Assembly: GCA_051439365.1 (NCBI GenBank)
Contig: JBFRWC010000161.1
Location: 1 to 24,250, forward strand
Direction of reading: 5' to 3'
Length of the DNA: 24,250 bases
From: Leptolyngbyaceae cyanobacterium
Lineage (GTDB): Bacteria; Cyanobacteriota; Cyanobacteriia; CAKZMO01
Below, in pieces: positions 1 to 8,184 of this stretch (position 1 is its first letter; every line of letters starts with the position of its first letter). The translations under genes and the position numbers were made by a program. The notes below the pieces were generated by a model, which saw only the letters and a list, made by a program, of their open reading frames with translations, was not told where the DNA came from and did no database searches.

Positions 1-69
1 GCGCTCATCTCACAGCATACCAGGATTCACAAAATTAGACAGGAATACTCAGACCCCCGACCTCCCCAA

Positions 70-127
70 CTCCCCACTCCCCCACACAAAACTGCCCACT
101 CCCCACTCCCCCACTCAAAACTGCCCA
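70..127. repeat. 29-bp tandem duplication, 2 copies, 1 mismatch
   Basis: ctccccactcccccacAcaaaactgccca at 70-98 is followed directly by ctccccactcccccacTcaaaactgccca at 99-127. The second copy overlaps the stop and last codons of the minus-strand gene 115..867. Confidence 0.85.
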
Positions 128-867
128 CCCAGCAGACGCGATCGCATCCCCTCCGCAATTTTCTGGCCCAAGTACTCCGGAATTAAACTCTCGTTCGGCC
201 CCAACAAGTAGAGAATTAACCGCGTCCGCCCCCGCCAGACCAACAAATTGGCGTTGACCACCAGCAAATCCTCCTGCCAAACCGCATACATTACCTTGTA
301 AAATAATCCTGGTTGGTTGTCCGCTTCAATCAGCAACGCAGGCAAATGAAACACCGGGTCCACATAAAATTCCGTCTCTACCTTTTCCAGGCCAGAATTG
401 AGGTTGAACTCCACCGCCAGCATTTCCTCAACTTCAAACCGTCCCGCCAACGCTTCTTTGATGGCACGGCAAACATTTTCCGCCGTTTTTTCCGGAAGGG
501 TCTTGCCGCTGCGGGACACCACCAACTTGATAAACACCAGCATAGGTGGGTAGATTTGGCCATAGAGACTGAGGCTATGGATCGTCAGCCCGTACGCCGC
601 CAATACCCCAAAAATATCGCTCAGTAAGAAAGACTGATTACGATAAGCAAAATGGAGAGCACTTTTATTGCCCTCTGGCGTTAATTCAATCACCGCTTCC
701 CGACTTTTGTATAGTTGATAGGCTAGTCGTAGGTTTTGTAATTGAATTTCACTGCTGACAAATTGCTCATAGAACTGGGGAAACGCCCGATTGAAGCGCT
801 TAAGAAGTTCTAGGGTAGATGGTTTTAAACCTGGAGCCATTTTGGAAGACAGCACTGACGTACTCAT
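115..867 (-). CDS. ACT domain-containing protein (two tandem ACT-like modules)
   Basis: This is a 250-aa ORF, and the other frames hold only short overlapping ORFs. Two segments resemble ACT regulatory folds of the GlnD type: FLLSDIFGVLAAYGLTIHSLSLYG and DNQPGLFYKVMYAVWQEDLLVVNANLL. Recognition is by eye only. Confidence 0.55.
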   Translation of the reverse strand: MSTSVLSSKMAPGLKPSTLELLKRFNRAFPQFYEQFVSSEIQLQNLRLAYQLYKSREAVIELTPEGNKSALHFAYRNQSFLLSDIFGVLAAYGLTIHSLSLYGQIYPPMLVFIKLVVSRSGKTLPEKTAENVCRAIKEALAGRFEVEEMLAVEFNLNSGLEKVETEFYVDPVFHLPALLIEADNQPGLFYKVMYAVWQEDLLVVNANLLVWRGRTRLILYLLGPNESLIPEYLGQKIAEGMRSRLLGGQF

Positions 868-1318
868 AAGATTTTTAGGAACTGACAGTCAAACGATGGC
901 CTACCCCGTCCTGCTGAGGCAAGCGTAGCAGGCCCAAAAAACCGCCTGTCTCTAGGAAACCCTAATTGGAGGGTAGACTCTCACAGCGCAGTAATTCCAC
1001 TGCATCATACTGTAATCGAAACCGTCTTGTCTTGTGGCTTAACAGGTGGTCATCCGTGTCATGAGTCACAGCCTACCCCATAACGCCGCTTTATTGGGGC
1101 ATTTTTTCCCGATATCTTGATTCCCCTAATATCTCAACTCACAGGGGGGATTTAACCACTCAGTCCCATCGATCAATGACTCCCATGGCGAGAGGCAGGC
1201 GATGCCCCCCGCGACAGTTTTCTTTTCCCCATTCTCTCTGGGAAAGCACCGTTAAGCGAGACAGCAGAGATATACTAACAGTATTGCGCTGTACCTTTTA
1301 CTAAATCAATCTGCCTGC

Positions 1319-1837
1319 ATGGGTTTCTGGAAGAGCTTGTTTACAACCACTGACACCAAGACCGAACCGTCGGCCCAAAAGCGCGACAGAGCGTCGCTAT
1401 CACCTGTCTCCCCCCAAACGGAGCGCATTTTCTTCTCCACTGAACGGGATATCGATCTCTATGACCTCGAAGAACTGTGCGATGCGGTCGGTTGGTCTCG
1501 CCGCCCACTACGAAAAGTCAAGAAAGCAATTCAACACAGCTTTCTGGTGGTTTCGATGTGGGAACAGCAGGGCAATCGCCGCCGCCTCATCGGGTTTTCA
1601 CGGGCAACCTCGGATCATGCCTTCAACGCCACGATTTGGGATGTAGTGATTCATCCTGATTTTCAGAGCAAGGGGCTGGGCAAGGCGCTGATGAAGTATT
1701 TGATTAAAAAGCTAAGAAACGATGACATTAGCAATATCACCTTATTTGCGGACCCCCATGTGGTGGAGTTTTATCAGAATTTGGGCTTTATGCCCGACCC
1801 AGAGGGGATTAAGGGGATGTTTTGGTATCCAGATTAG
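1319..1837 (+). CDS. GNAT family N-acetyltransferase
   Basis: 172-aa ORF. It has an acetyl-CoA binding motif, [17 protein letters not shown] (Q/RxxGxG/A type), followed by the [16 protein letters not shown] core typical of GNAT. It is divergent from the ACT gene. Confidence 0.8.
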   Translation: MGFWKSLFTTTDTKTEPSAQKRDRASLSPVSPQTERIFFSTERDIDLYDLEELCDAVGWSRRPLRKVKKAIQHSFLVVSMWEQQGNRRRLIGFSRATSDHAFNATIWDVVIHPDFQSKGLGKALMKYLIKKLRNDDISNITLFADPHVVEFYQNLGFMPDPEGIKGMFWYPD

Positions 1838-1955
1838 ACGTTCGACTCTGGATTTCAAGCCTGCGGTTATCTATAGTGCTACTTTGTGGCTCCATTTTCC
1901 TTACGGTAGCCCTCGCTTGGACCCACGGCTGATTGTAAGCCAAGGGTAGGGGCGG

Positions 1956-3428
1956 ATGATCCAATCACGGTGGATTCTCAGAGTTGGGCTGGGGGTTGGA
2001 GCAGGGGCGCTTCTCATGGGTCTCTTGGTTGCACTCGTGATGCAGCCGCTGTGGTTGCTGAGTGGTTTGTCTCCGGTCATTTGTCCAAATGCGGTTTATG
2101 CGATCGCCACCGACCAGCCCGTCTTAGCTCTGACCATTGATGATGGTCCCGATTTGAATCCGGTTTTAGCGCAACATACGACTGCTGCCTTGCTGCCATT
2201 GCTGGAACGCTATCAGGCCCACGCTACTTTTTTTCTGATTAGCGATAAATTGGTCACCCCCGTAGGTGCAGCCCTCGCCCAAGCTATTGTGGACCATGGG
2301 CATGAATTGGGCAATCACTTCACCACGGATATCCGCAGTATTCGCCCGACAGCGGCTGAATTTGCCCAACGGGTGGCAGACGCGGAACAAATCTTGGGGC
2401 AATTTTCGCCACCCCGATGGTTTCGGCCAGCAGGAGGCTTTTGTAGCGCCAGTAATATGCAGACGCTGCAAGCCCATGCCCATGATTCTGATCACGATTC
2501 TGGCAATAATTTTAACTATGATATTGCCCTGGGTAGCATTTGGCCCTATGACACCTACGTCACGTCGGTGCCCCTTGCGATTCGCCAGATTCTCCAGAAT
2601 GCCCAACCGGGGGCCATCCTCGTCCTGCACGATAGCGACAAAGCTGGATTTGACCAACCGACAGCAGGCCACACGACGCGGGGACAACGGGCAGTTCAGA
2701 TCCTAGATGCAGTGCTACCTGCCCTACGTGCCCAAGGGTTTCAAGTCGTCTCTCTATCCGAGTTGGCGACCTATGGGGAACCGCTCCGCAATGCCTGGGC
2801 GCTACCGGGAGGGCTAGACCGAATTCGCCGCCGCCTCGTGTCCGGTATGTTGCTGTCCAGTGTGCTGACGCTGCCACCCCGACCCGCTTGGAGGGCGATC
2901 GCCCTCACCATGACCACGGCTTCTGTGGCGATGCTGTGGTTGGGCTTCCATTGCCGTTTTCTCCGCTGGCAACGGGAAGTGCCGCCCCAGTCTCGATCAT
3001 ATCCAGCGTTCTACGGTCAGATGATTTTAGTCAGCTTCTTCCTCCCTTCTGTGGCCGAAGAAAGTCTGTTTCGCTTGATTCTTCTCCCGACTCCAGAAGA
3101 GGTTATGGGAACCCTGACACGGGGACAGTGGCTAGAATGTGCCATCAGTCTGGGCCTCTTTGTGCTAGCCCATCCCCTGATCCATGCGCCCCTGCGCGAT
3201 CGCTGGTCGTCAAATCAGCCCGTTCGAGAGGGGGCGATCGCCTATCGTCGGACGTTCTGCCGCCCTACATTTCTGGGCCTTGCCACGCTCTTGGGTGGAG
3301 CTTGTACCCTGCTCTATTTGCAGTCTGGTTCTATTTGGCCTCCAGTGTTTTTTCATTGGATCGCTGTCGTAACCTGGTTGCTGGCCCTGGGTGGCTATTC
3401 CCAGTTGCATCGGCATCCGTCCCCGTAA
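1956..3428 (+). CDS. Polysaccharide deacetylase (NodB/CE4 domain) fused to a CPBP-family intramembrane metalloprotease domain
   Basis: 490-aa ORF with an N-terminal TM helix. NodB motifs are TIDDGP, HELGNH, RPAGG and LVLHD. The C-terminal third is polytopic and has CPBP motifs EESLFR (EExxxR), FVLAHP (FxxxH) and FFHW. Several HIP1 sites lie inside the gene. Confidence 0.75.
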   Translation: MIQSRWILRVGLGVGAGALLMGLLVALVMQPLWLLSGLSPVICPNAVYAIATDQPVLALTIDDGPDLNPVLAQHTTAALLPLLERYQAHATFFLISDKLVTPVGAALAQAIVDHGHELGNHFTTDIRSIRPTAAEFAQRVADAEQILGQFSPPRWFRPAGGFCSASNMQTLQAHAHDSDHDSGNNFNYDIALGSIWPYDTYVTSVPLAIRQILQNAQPGAILVLHDSDKAGFDQPTAGHTTRGQRAVQILDAVLPALRAQGFQVVSLSELATYGEPLRNAWALPGGLDRIRRRLVSGMLLSSVLTLPPRPAWRAIALTMTTASVAMLWLGFHCRFLRWQREVPPQSRSYPAFYGQMILVSFFLPSVAEESLFRLILLPTPEEVMGTLTRGQWLECAISLGLFVLAHPLIHAPLRDRWSSNQPVREGAIAYRRTFCRPTFLGLATLLGGACTLLYLQSGSIWPPVFFHWIAVVTWLLALGGYSQLHRHPSP

Positions 3429-3599
3429 GCTGATTGACTGACAAAACTGCCTAAAACCTTGTCCCTGCCTTTGGTCAGGAGACATGCCCCCTATATTGTC
3501 CCAATCCCTTGTAGGGGAGCGGTTTCCGCACCCAAGCCCCAATTTCTGTCAGTCAACCAGCCCCGTAAGCCTGCAATCAGTCCGTGGCGATCGCCTCAG

Positions 3600-3811
3600 A
3601 TGTATTTTATTGGCCAATCTAATGAGATCAATTTTGGGTTGATGTTAGTAATAATATAAAAAACTTTTTTCCTATTTTCTCCGGATCTCAATGAGATTAG
3701 ATGTATTAAAAAAATAGAACTTTCTCTAGCATTTTATTCCTAGGTTGTAGTTCCTATCTTTGTGTAGTTTACATTTTCGTGAATCACTAGTTCTAACAGG
3801 ATAATACTAGT
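3600..3811 (+). promoter_or_regulatory. Probable promoter/leader region of the chemosensory operon
   Basis: This strongly AT-rich stretch of about 210 bp has no ORF and lies directly upstream of the first operon gene. The octamer aatgagat occurs twice (3621-3628 and 3690-3697). No specific -10/-35 assignment is claimed. Confidence 0.3.
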
Positions 3812-4189
3812 ATGACGACGACACTGCTCGGAACCATCTTAATTATTGAAGATTCTCCATCTGAAATGGAGCTAATGACTCATTATCTCAGAGAAAGTGG
3901 TTTCTTAATCCTAAATGCTGTTACGGCCAAAGAAGGCTTAGCAATGGCATGTGAGCAAAAGCCTAATATTATCCTAACGGATGTAGTGATGCCTGGGATG
4001 AGTGGGTTTGAACTTTGTCGGAGTCTCAAGAAAAACCCAATCACCCAAAATATTCCTATCATCATTTGCACCTCAAAAAATCAGGAAATTGATCGCCTTT
4101 GGGGAATGAAGCAAGGAGCAGATGCTTATATTACTAAACCCTTTAGTCGAGAACAGCTTATCCAGTCTGTGATGTCTATTTCCAGATAA
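3812..4189 (+). CDS. CheY-like single-domain response regulator (PixH/PilH-like)
   Basis: 125 aa. Receiver signatures are an acidic pocket (IIEDS), the phospho-acceptor Asp in ILTDVVMPGMSG, Thr in IIICTSK, and Lys in YITKPF. Confidence 0.9.
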   Translation: MTTTLLGTILIIEDSPSEMELMTHYLRESGFLILNAVTAKEGLAMACEQKPNIILTDVVMPGMSGFELCRSLKKNPITQNIPIIICTSKNQEIDRLWGMKQGADAYITKPFSREQLIQSVMSISR

Positions 4190-4241
4190 ATAAGTGAGCG
4201 CAAATGAATGAGCGTAAATGAATGAGCGTAAATGAATGAGC
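4188..4241. repeat. 14-bp tandem repeat (aaatgaatgagcgt), about 3.9 copies, spanning the receiver-CheW spacer
   Basis: The units are aaataagtgagcgc, aaatgaatgagcgt, aaatgaatgagcgt and aaatgaatgagc. The last unit supplies the CheW ATG at 4236. The repeat creates six ATGs (4204, 4208, 4218, 4222, 4232, 4236). Confidence 0.85.
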
Positions 4242-4766
4242 TTTTCCACCAGTTCAGAGGTACCGTCTCTTTTACAACCTCGATTTTTGTCAGACTCAAG
4301 TCAGGAAGAAAAGGAATCTGGTATTCCGTATCTTAAGTTTTTTTTGAATCTTAATACTCCTGCACTTCTGCCAATGAAAAGCATTCAGGAGGTTGCCGTT
4401 TTACCAGCTAGACTACTCACTATCATGCCTAATATGCCGCCCTATATTTTAGGATTGATTAATCGGCGGAGTCGAGTGATTTGGGTAATTGATATTAGTC
4501 AAGTTTTAGGGTTAGAGGAAATTTCATTCATCCCTAAAAACTATGATGCAATTATTGTTAAAAATGACGTATTCTGGGCTGCATTTGCAATTCATAAAAT
4601 TGAGGGAATTATTAGAGTTGAAGATGATGCGTTCAGAGCCACACCGAGTTATATATCCCCAACTTTAATTCCTTATATGAACGGCTATATCTTACAGAAT
4701 GACAATATGTCGTTGCTATTAAATATCGAGGCGATCGCCCAATCCCCATTACTCAGGAATATCTAG
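4236..4766 (+). CDS. CheW-like coupling protein (PixI/PilI-like)
   Basis: 176 aa. The CheW fold pattern is visible by eye (LKFFLN..., [38 protein letters not shown]). It sits between the receiver and the MCP, with a 1-bp gap to the next gene. Confidence 0.8.
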   Translation: MSFSTSSEVPSLLQPRFLSDSSQEEKESGIPYLKFFLNLNTPALLPMKSIQEVAVLPARLLTIMPNMPPYILGLINRRSRVIWVIDISQVLGLEEISFIPKNYDAIIVKNDVFWAAFAIHKIEGIIRVEDDAFRATPSYISPTLIPYMNGYILQNDNMSLLLNIEAIAQSPLLRNI

Positions 4767-4767
4767 T

Positions 4768-7700
4768 ATGGTTATTAAACTTGGCTCCGAAACGTCAGAA
4801 GATTTTGACAATTCTTCAAATGAAGAGATTATCCCTAATACTCATGAAGGCGATCGCCCTCCAAGTACGCTTCAATCTGATCTCTTAACCGCCTCGTCCC
4901 CGGACTCCCTGGCAGATGAAATACTATCCTCAAATATTGCCAAAACCAATGGGGATAAAGCTTTATTTGACGAGACAACATTTGACGAGATGACATTTGA
5001 TGGGACGGAGTTTGATGAGACGGAGTTTGATGAGACAGAGTTTGATGAGACGAAATTTGATGAGACGGAGTTTGATGAGAAAAAAAATAGTGGAACGACG
5101 TTTGACGAGACGACACTTGACGATGATGAAACTTCGATAGAGGTCACCCCTGAGATACACCCAATCATTAGCGACACTGTAGTCTCTACTCAAAATTTAA
5201 GCACAAGCAAACGCTCAAAATCAGGTTGGTTTGCCAATTTACCTGTACGCAACAAGCAGTTGATTGGCTTGTTTACCTCTAAGGTCATTGCGGTCGTGGG
5301 TTTGATGGGGGTGGCTTCATTTCTGATCATTTCCTCCGGGCGATCGCAGTTGAATCAACAGGCGGAATCAGAAGTATCAGTGGTTGATCTTCAATACAAT
5401 GTCAAAATTAACCAGATGGGCTTTGGGTTTCGTGGCCAGTCTGATAATCCGGCTATTATTAGAGCATCCCTACTGATTGCCAATGGTCAACTCCTGACAC
5501 CAATAGAACAGGCCCAGGCCCAGCAGATTCTTCAAAATGAAATTACAGCTCGTCAAATTGAGTATGCAACCCTTGTTGGTCGAGATTTACGGATTATTGC
5601 CAATGCGAATACTGACCGAAGTCGTCAGATTTTCGATCCGGTTGGATTGGTGAGCCAGGTATTAGAAACAGGTCAACAAATTAAATCCAGTGCTATTGTC
5701 AGCACTGAAGAATTGGAACGGGAAGGCTCACCGCTACCCGATGGGTTTAATGCTCAAGATGCACTGATTCGGTACACGGCGACTCCGGTTTTGAATCCGG
5801 CAAACGATGATGTAGTCGGTGTGTTGATATCAGGGGATATTGTCAACAATAAAGCCCCTATCTCTCAAGGTACCTTGGATGCTTTTGGCACGGGATATGC
5901 TGCTGTTTATCAGCATCAAGAAAACGGTTCATTTCAGTTAGCAACCTCGATTGATGGTGGTGATGTTGCCAACATGCAAGGACAAATTAATGTTCCTCTG
6001 CCCAATACTGAAATATTAGAGGCAGCGGTTCAATCTCCCACAGAAGTTGTTAGCGATCGCATCAAAATTGGCCAACATACCTATTCTGTTGCAGCGAAAG
6101 CCGTGCGCGATGTTAACAATCAAGTTGTAGCTGTTCTAGTGCGGGGAACGTCAGAAGCGCCTTTGAATGCGTTGATTAGCAATAGTCTGCGAATTCAACT
6201 ATTAATCGCAGGGGCGGTGCTGGGGGTTGACGTGGTGTTAGCGATCGCCCTAGGCCGATCGATTTCAAGACCATTGAAGGATTTGCAACGTCGTACCCAA
6301 CAATTTGCTGCAGGCGATCGCCAGATTCGGGCCGAGTTGAACACCACCGACGAAATTGGGCAGTTGGCCGACACCTTTAACGATTTGGCTGACACCATTG
6401 TGCAATCAGAGGAGCAACTAAGGGGAGAGGCACAACAACAAACCCAAGAAGCCGCACGAGCGAGTTTTCTGGCTGAGTTAGCGATTCAAATGCGACCCTC
6501 CATGTCTCGCCAAGAAACCCTTAACTTGTGGGTTGACAGTGCGCGGAGCGTCTTGCAAGCGGATCGGGTGGTCTTTTATGAGTTCGATCAGGATTGGCAG
6601 GGCATTGTTACGGCTGAGTCTGTGGGTGAGGAATGGCCGATCTCCTTGGAGGATGCCATTCATGACCCTTGTTTTGCCGACAACTACGTTGACCAGTATC
6701 GTCAGGGGCGGGTGGTGGCGATCGCGGATGTCTACCAAGCCGATTTGACTCAATGTCATCTCGATCAGCTCGAGCCTTACCACGTTCGGGCCAACCTCGT
6801 GGTCCCAGTGTTGGTGGCCAATGAGTTGGAAGCCTTATTGATTGCCCACCAATGCGATCGCCCCCGTGAGTGGACCGAAGGCGAGGCCAACTTCTTCAAA
6901 CAACTGGCGATTCAACTCAGCTACGCCCTCAATCAAGGCCAGTTATTCCAGCAAAAGGAAGAAGCGCGGCTGGCCGCCGAAGCCCTATCGGAGCAGCAGC
7001 GGCAACAAAAGGAGTCCTTACAACTGCAATTGGTGGATCTGCTCAGCGACGTGGAACATGTGGCCAGTGGTGACTTAACTGTTCGGGCGGATGTCACAGC
7101 GGGGGATATTGGAACAGTGGCCGATTTCTTTAACTCCATTATTGAAAATCTGCGCCAAATCGTGATTCAGGTGAAGGACTCATCGGATCAAGTTAACACT
7201 GCCTTGGGAGCTGATTCTGCGTCCATTCGCTTGTTGGCGGACGCAGCCCTCAAGCAAGCGGAAGAAAGTACCAGCACCTTAGCGTCAATGGAGGAGATGA
7301 TTCAGTCGATTACGGTGGTGGCACAACGGGCACAAGATGCCGCTAATGTGGCTCACACCGCAGCGATGACCGCTGAGACGGGAGGGGCGGCGATGGATCA
7401 AACGGTTCGCACAATCTTACGCCTCCGGACCACAGTAGGAGAAACGGCGAAGAAAGTGAAGCGATTGGGTGAAGCCTCTCAGCAAATTTCCAAAGTGGTG
7501 TCGCTGATTAATCAAATTGCGATGCAAACTAACTTGTTAGCCATCAACGCGGGGATTGAGGCGGCTCGGGCAGGGGAGGATGGGCAGGGATTTGCGGTGG
7601 TGGCGGAGGAAGTGGGAGAACTTGCAGCGCGATCGGCAGCAGCCACCCAGGAAATTGAGCTGATTGTCGAAAATATTCAACTCGAAACCAGCCAGGTAGT

Positions 7701-8019
7701 AGAGGCGATGGAAATTGGCACGAGTCAAGTGGTGAAAGGAACCCAGTTGGTGGAAGATGCCAAAAATAGTTTGGGCCAAATTAGGGTCGTGTCCCGTCAA
7801 ATTGATGACTTGGTTGCCGCAATTTCAGAGGCGACGGTGTCCCAGGTGAAAACGTCGGAATCGGTGGCCCGGTTGATGGCGGATATGGCCAAAGTGTCGG
7901 AACAAACGTCACAATCGTCGCTGCACGTCTCCAACTCTTTGCAAGAAACGGTAGCGATCGCCCAAACCCTCCAGGAATCTGTCAACACTTTTAAGGTCGA
8001 GGACGATTCTGACAAATAG
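4768..8019 (+). CDS. Methyl-accepting chemotaxis protein with a DXCF cyanobacteriochrome GAF domain (PixJ-like phototaxis receptor)
   Basis: 1083 aa. The order is an acidic repeat N-terminus, TM1 (about aa 165-190), an extracytoplasmic region of about 285 aa, TM2, HAMP ([16 protein letters not shown]...[15 protein letters not shown]), a GAF domain, and an MCP signalling domain ([32 protein letters not shown]). Confidence 0.9.
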   Translation: MVIKLGSETSEDFDNSSNEEIIPNTHEGDRPPSTLQSDLLTASSPDSLADEILSSNIAKTNGDKALFDETTFDEMTFDGTEFDETEFDETEFDETKFDETEFDEKKNSGTTFDETTLDDDETSIEVTPEIHPIISDTVVSTQNLSTSKRSKSGWFANLPVRNKQLIGLFTSKVIAVVGLMGVASFLIISSGRSQLNQQAESEVSVVDLQYNVKINQMGFGFRGQSDNPAIIRASLLIANGQLLTPIEQAQAQQILQNEITARQIEYATLVGRDLRIIANANTDRSRQIFDPVGLVSQVLETGQQIKSSAIVSTEELEREGSPLPDGFNAQDALIRYTATPVLNPANDDVVGVLISGDIVNNKAPISQGTLDAFGTGYAAVYQHQENGSFQLATSIDGGDVANMQGQINVPLPNTEILEAAVQSPTEVVSDRIKIGQHTYSVAAKAVRDVNNQVVAVLVRGTSEAPLNALISNSLRIQLLIAGAVLGVDVVLAIALGRSISRPLKDLQRRTQQFAAGDRQIRAELNTTDEIGQLADTFNDLADTIVQSEEQLRGEAQQQTQEAARASFLAELAIQMRPSMSRQETLNLWVDSARSVLQADRVVFYEFDQDWQGIVTAESVGEEWPISLEDAIHDPCFADNYVDQYRQGRVVAIADVYQADLTQCHLDQLEPYHVRANLVVPVLVANELEALLIAHQCDRPREWTEGEANFFKQLAIQLSYALNQGQLFQQKEEARLAAEALSEQQRQQKESLQLQLVDLLSDVEHVASGDLTVRADVTAGDIGTVADFFNSIIENLRQIVIQVKDSSDQVNTALGADSASIRLLADAALKQAEESTSTLASMEEMIQSITVVAQRAQDAANVAHTAAMTAETGGAAMDQTVRTILRLRTTVGETAKKVKRLGEASQQISKVVSLINQIAMQTNLLAINAGIEAARAGEDGQGFAVVAEEVGELAARSAAATQEIELIVENIQLETSQVVEAMEIGTSQVVKGTQLVEDAKNSLGQIRVVSRQIDDLVAAISEATVSQVKTSESVARLMADMAKVSEQTSQSSLHVSNSLQETVAIAQTLQESVNTFKVEDDSDK
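4966..5130 (+). repeat. In-frame 15-bp tandem repeat encoding (T-E-F-D-E)n
   Basis: Eight contiguous units of tttgaYgRgaNNNNN run from 4966 to 5085. Two further degenerate units follow at 5101-5130. The encoded peptide is [38 protein letters not shown]...[11 protein letters not shown]. Confidence 0.85.
6490..6975 (+). other. GAF domain of the MCP with the two-Cys (DXCF) cyanobacteriochrome signature
   Basis: DPCF has its Cys codon at 6670-6672 (aa 635). The canonical chromophore-binding Cys-His (QCHL) has its Cys codon at 6754-6756 (aa 663). The surrounding pattern is [16 protein letters not shown]...YRQGR..AI.D.....L..CH...L....VRANLVVPV...LLIAHQC..PR.W. Confidence 0.75.
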
Positions 8020-8184
8020 CAGTCAACAAATCACGGGATAACGCCCAGACTCGTTAGGTCTAGAGCCTCCACTCTACCCTCCTGTTTGCATCCCTGGGGT
8101 GCGTATTGATAAGTAAGAATCTGCAAATCAATTAAAAGATATCAGAGGAGAGGCGGCAGGAGCATCTCACTCGCCTGGAGAGCT

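Noticed and set aside
35-280. An 81-aa Gly-rich minus-strand ORF.
   Set aside because: It overlaps the 3' end of the ACT gene and the C/CA-rich 29-bp duplication, and its translation is low-complexity.
2166-3542. Alternative-frame and antisense ORFs within and around the deacetylase/CPBP gene (2166-2687 minus, 2266-2706 plus, 2560-2877 minus, 2888-3433 plus, 3210-3542 minus).
   Set aside because: The 1956-3428 frame carries both domain motif sets continuously. The others are typical GC-rich shadow ORFs.
4835-5193. Three overlapping minus-strand ORFs (76-101 aa).
   Set aside because: They are artefacts of the 15-bp TEFDE repeat read in antisense, giving monotonous SNSVS/HQTPS/LIKLR peptides.
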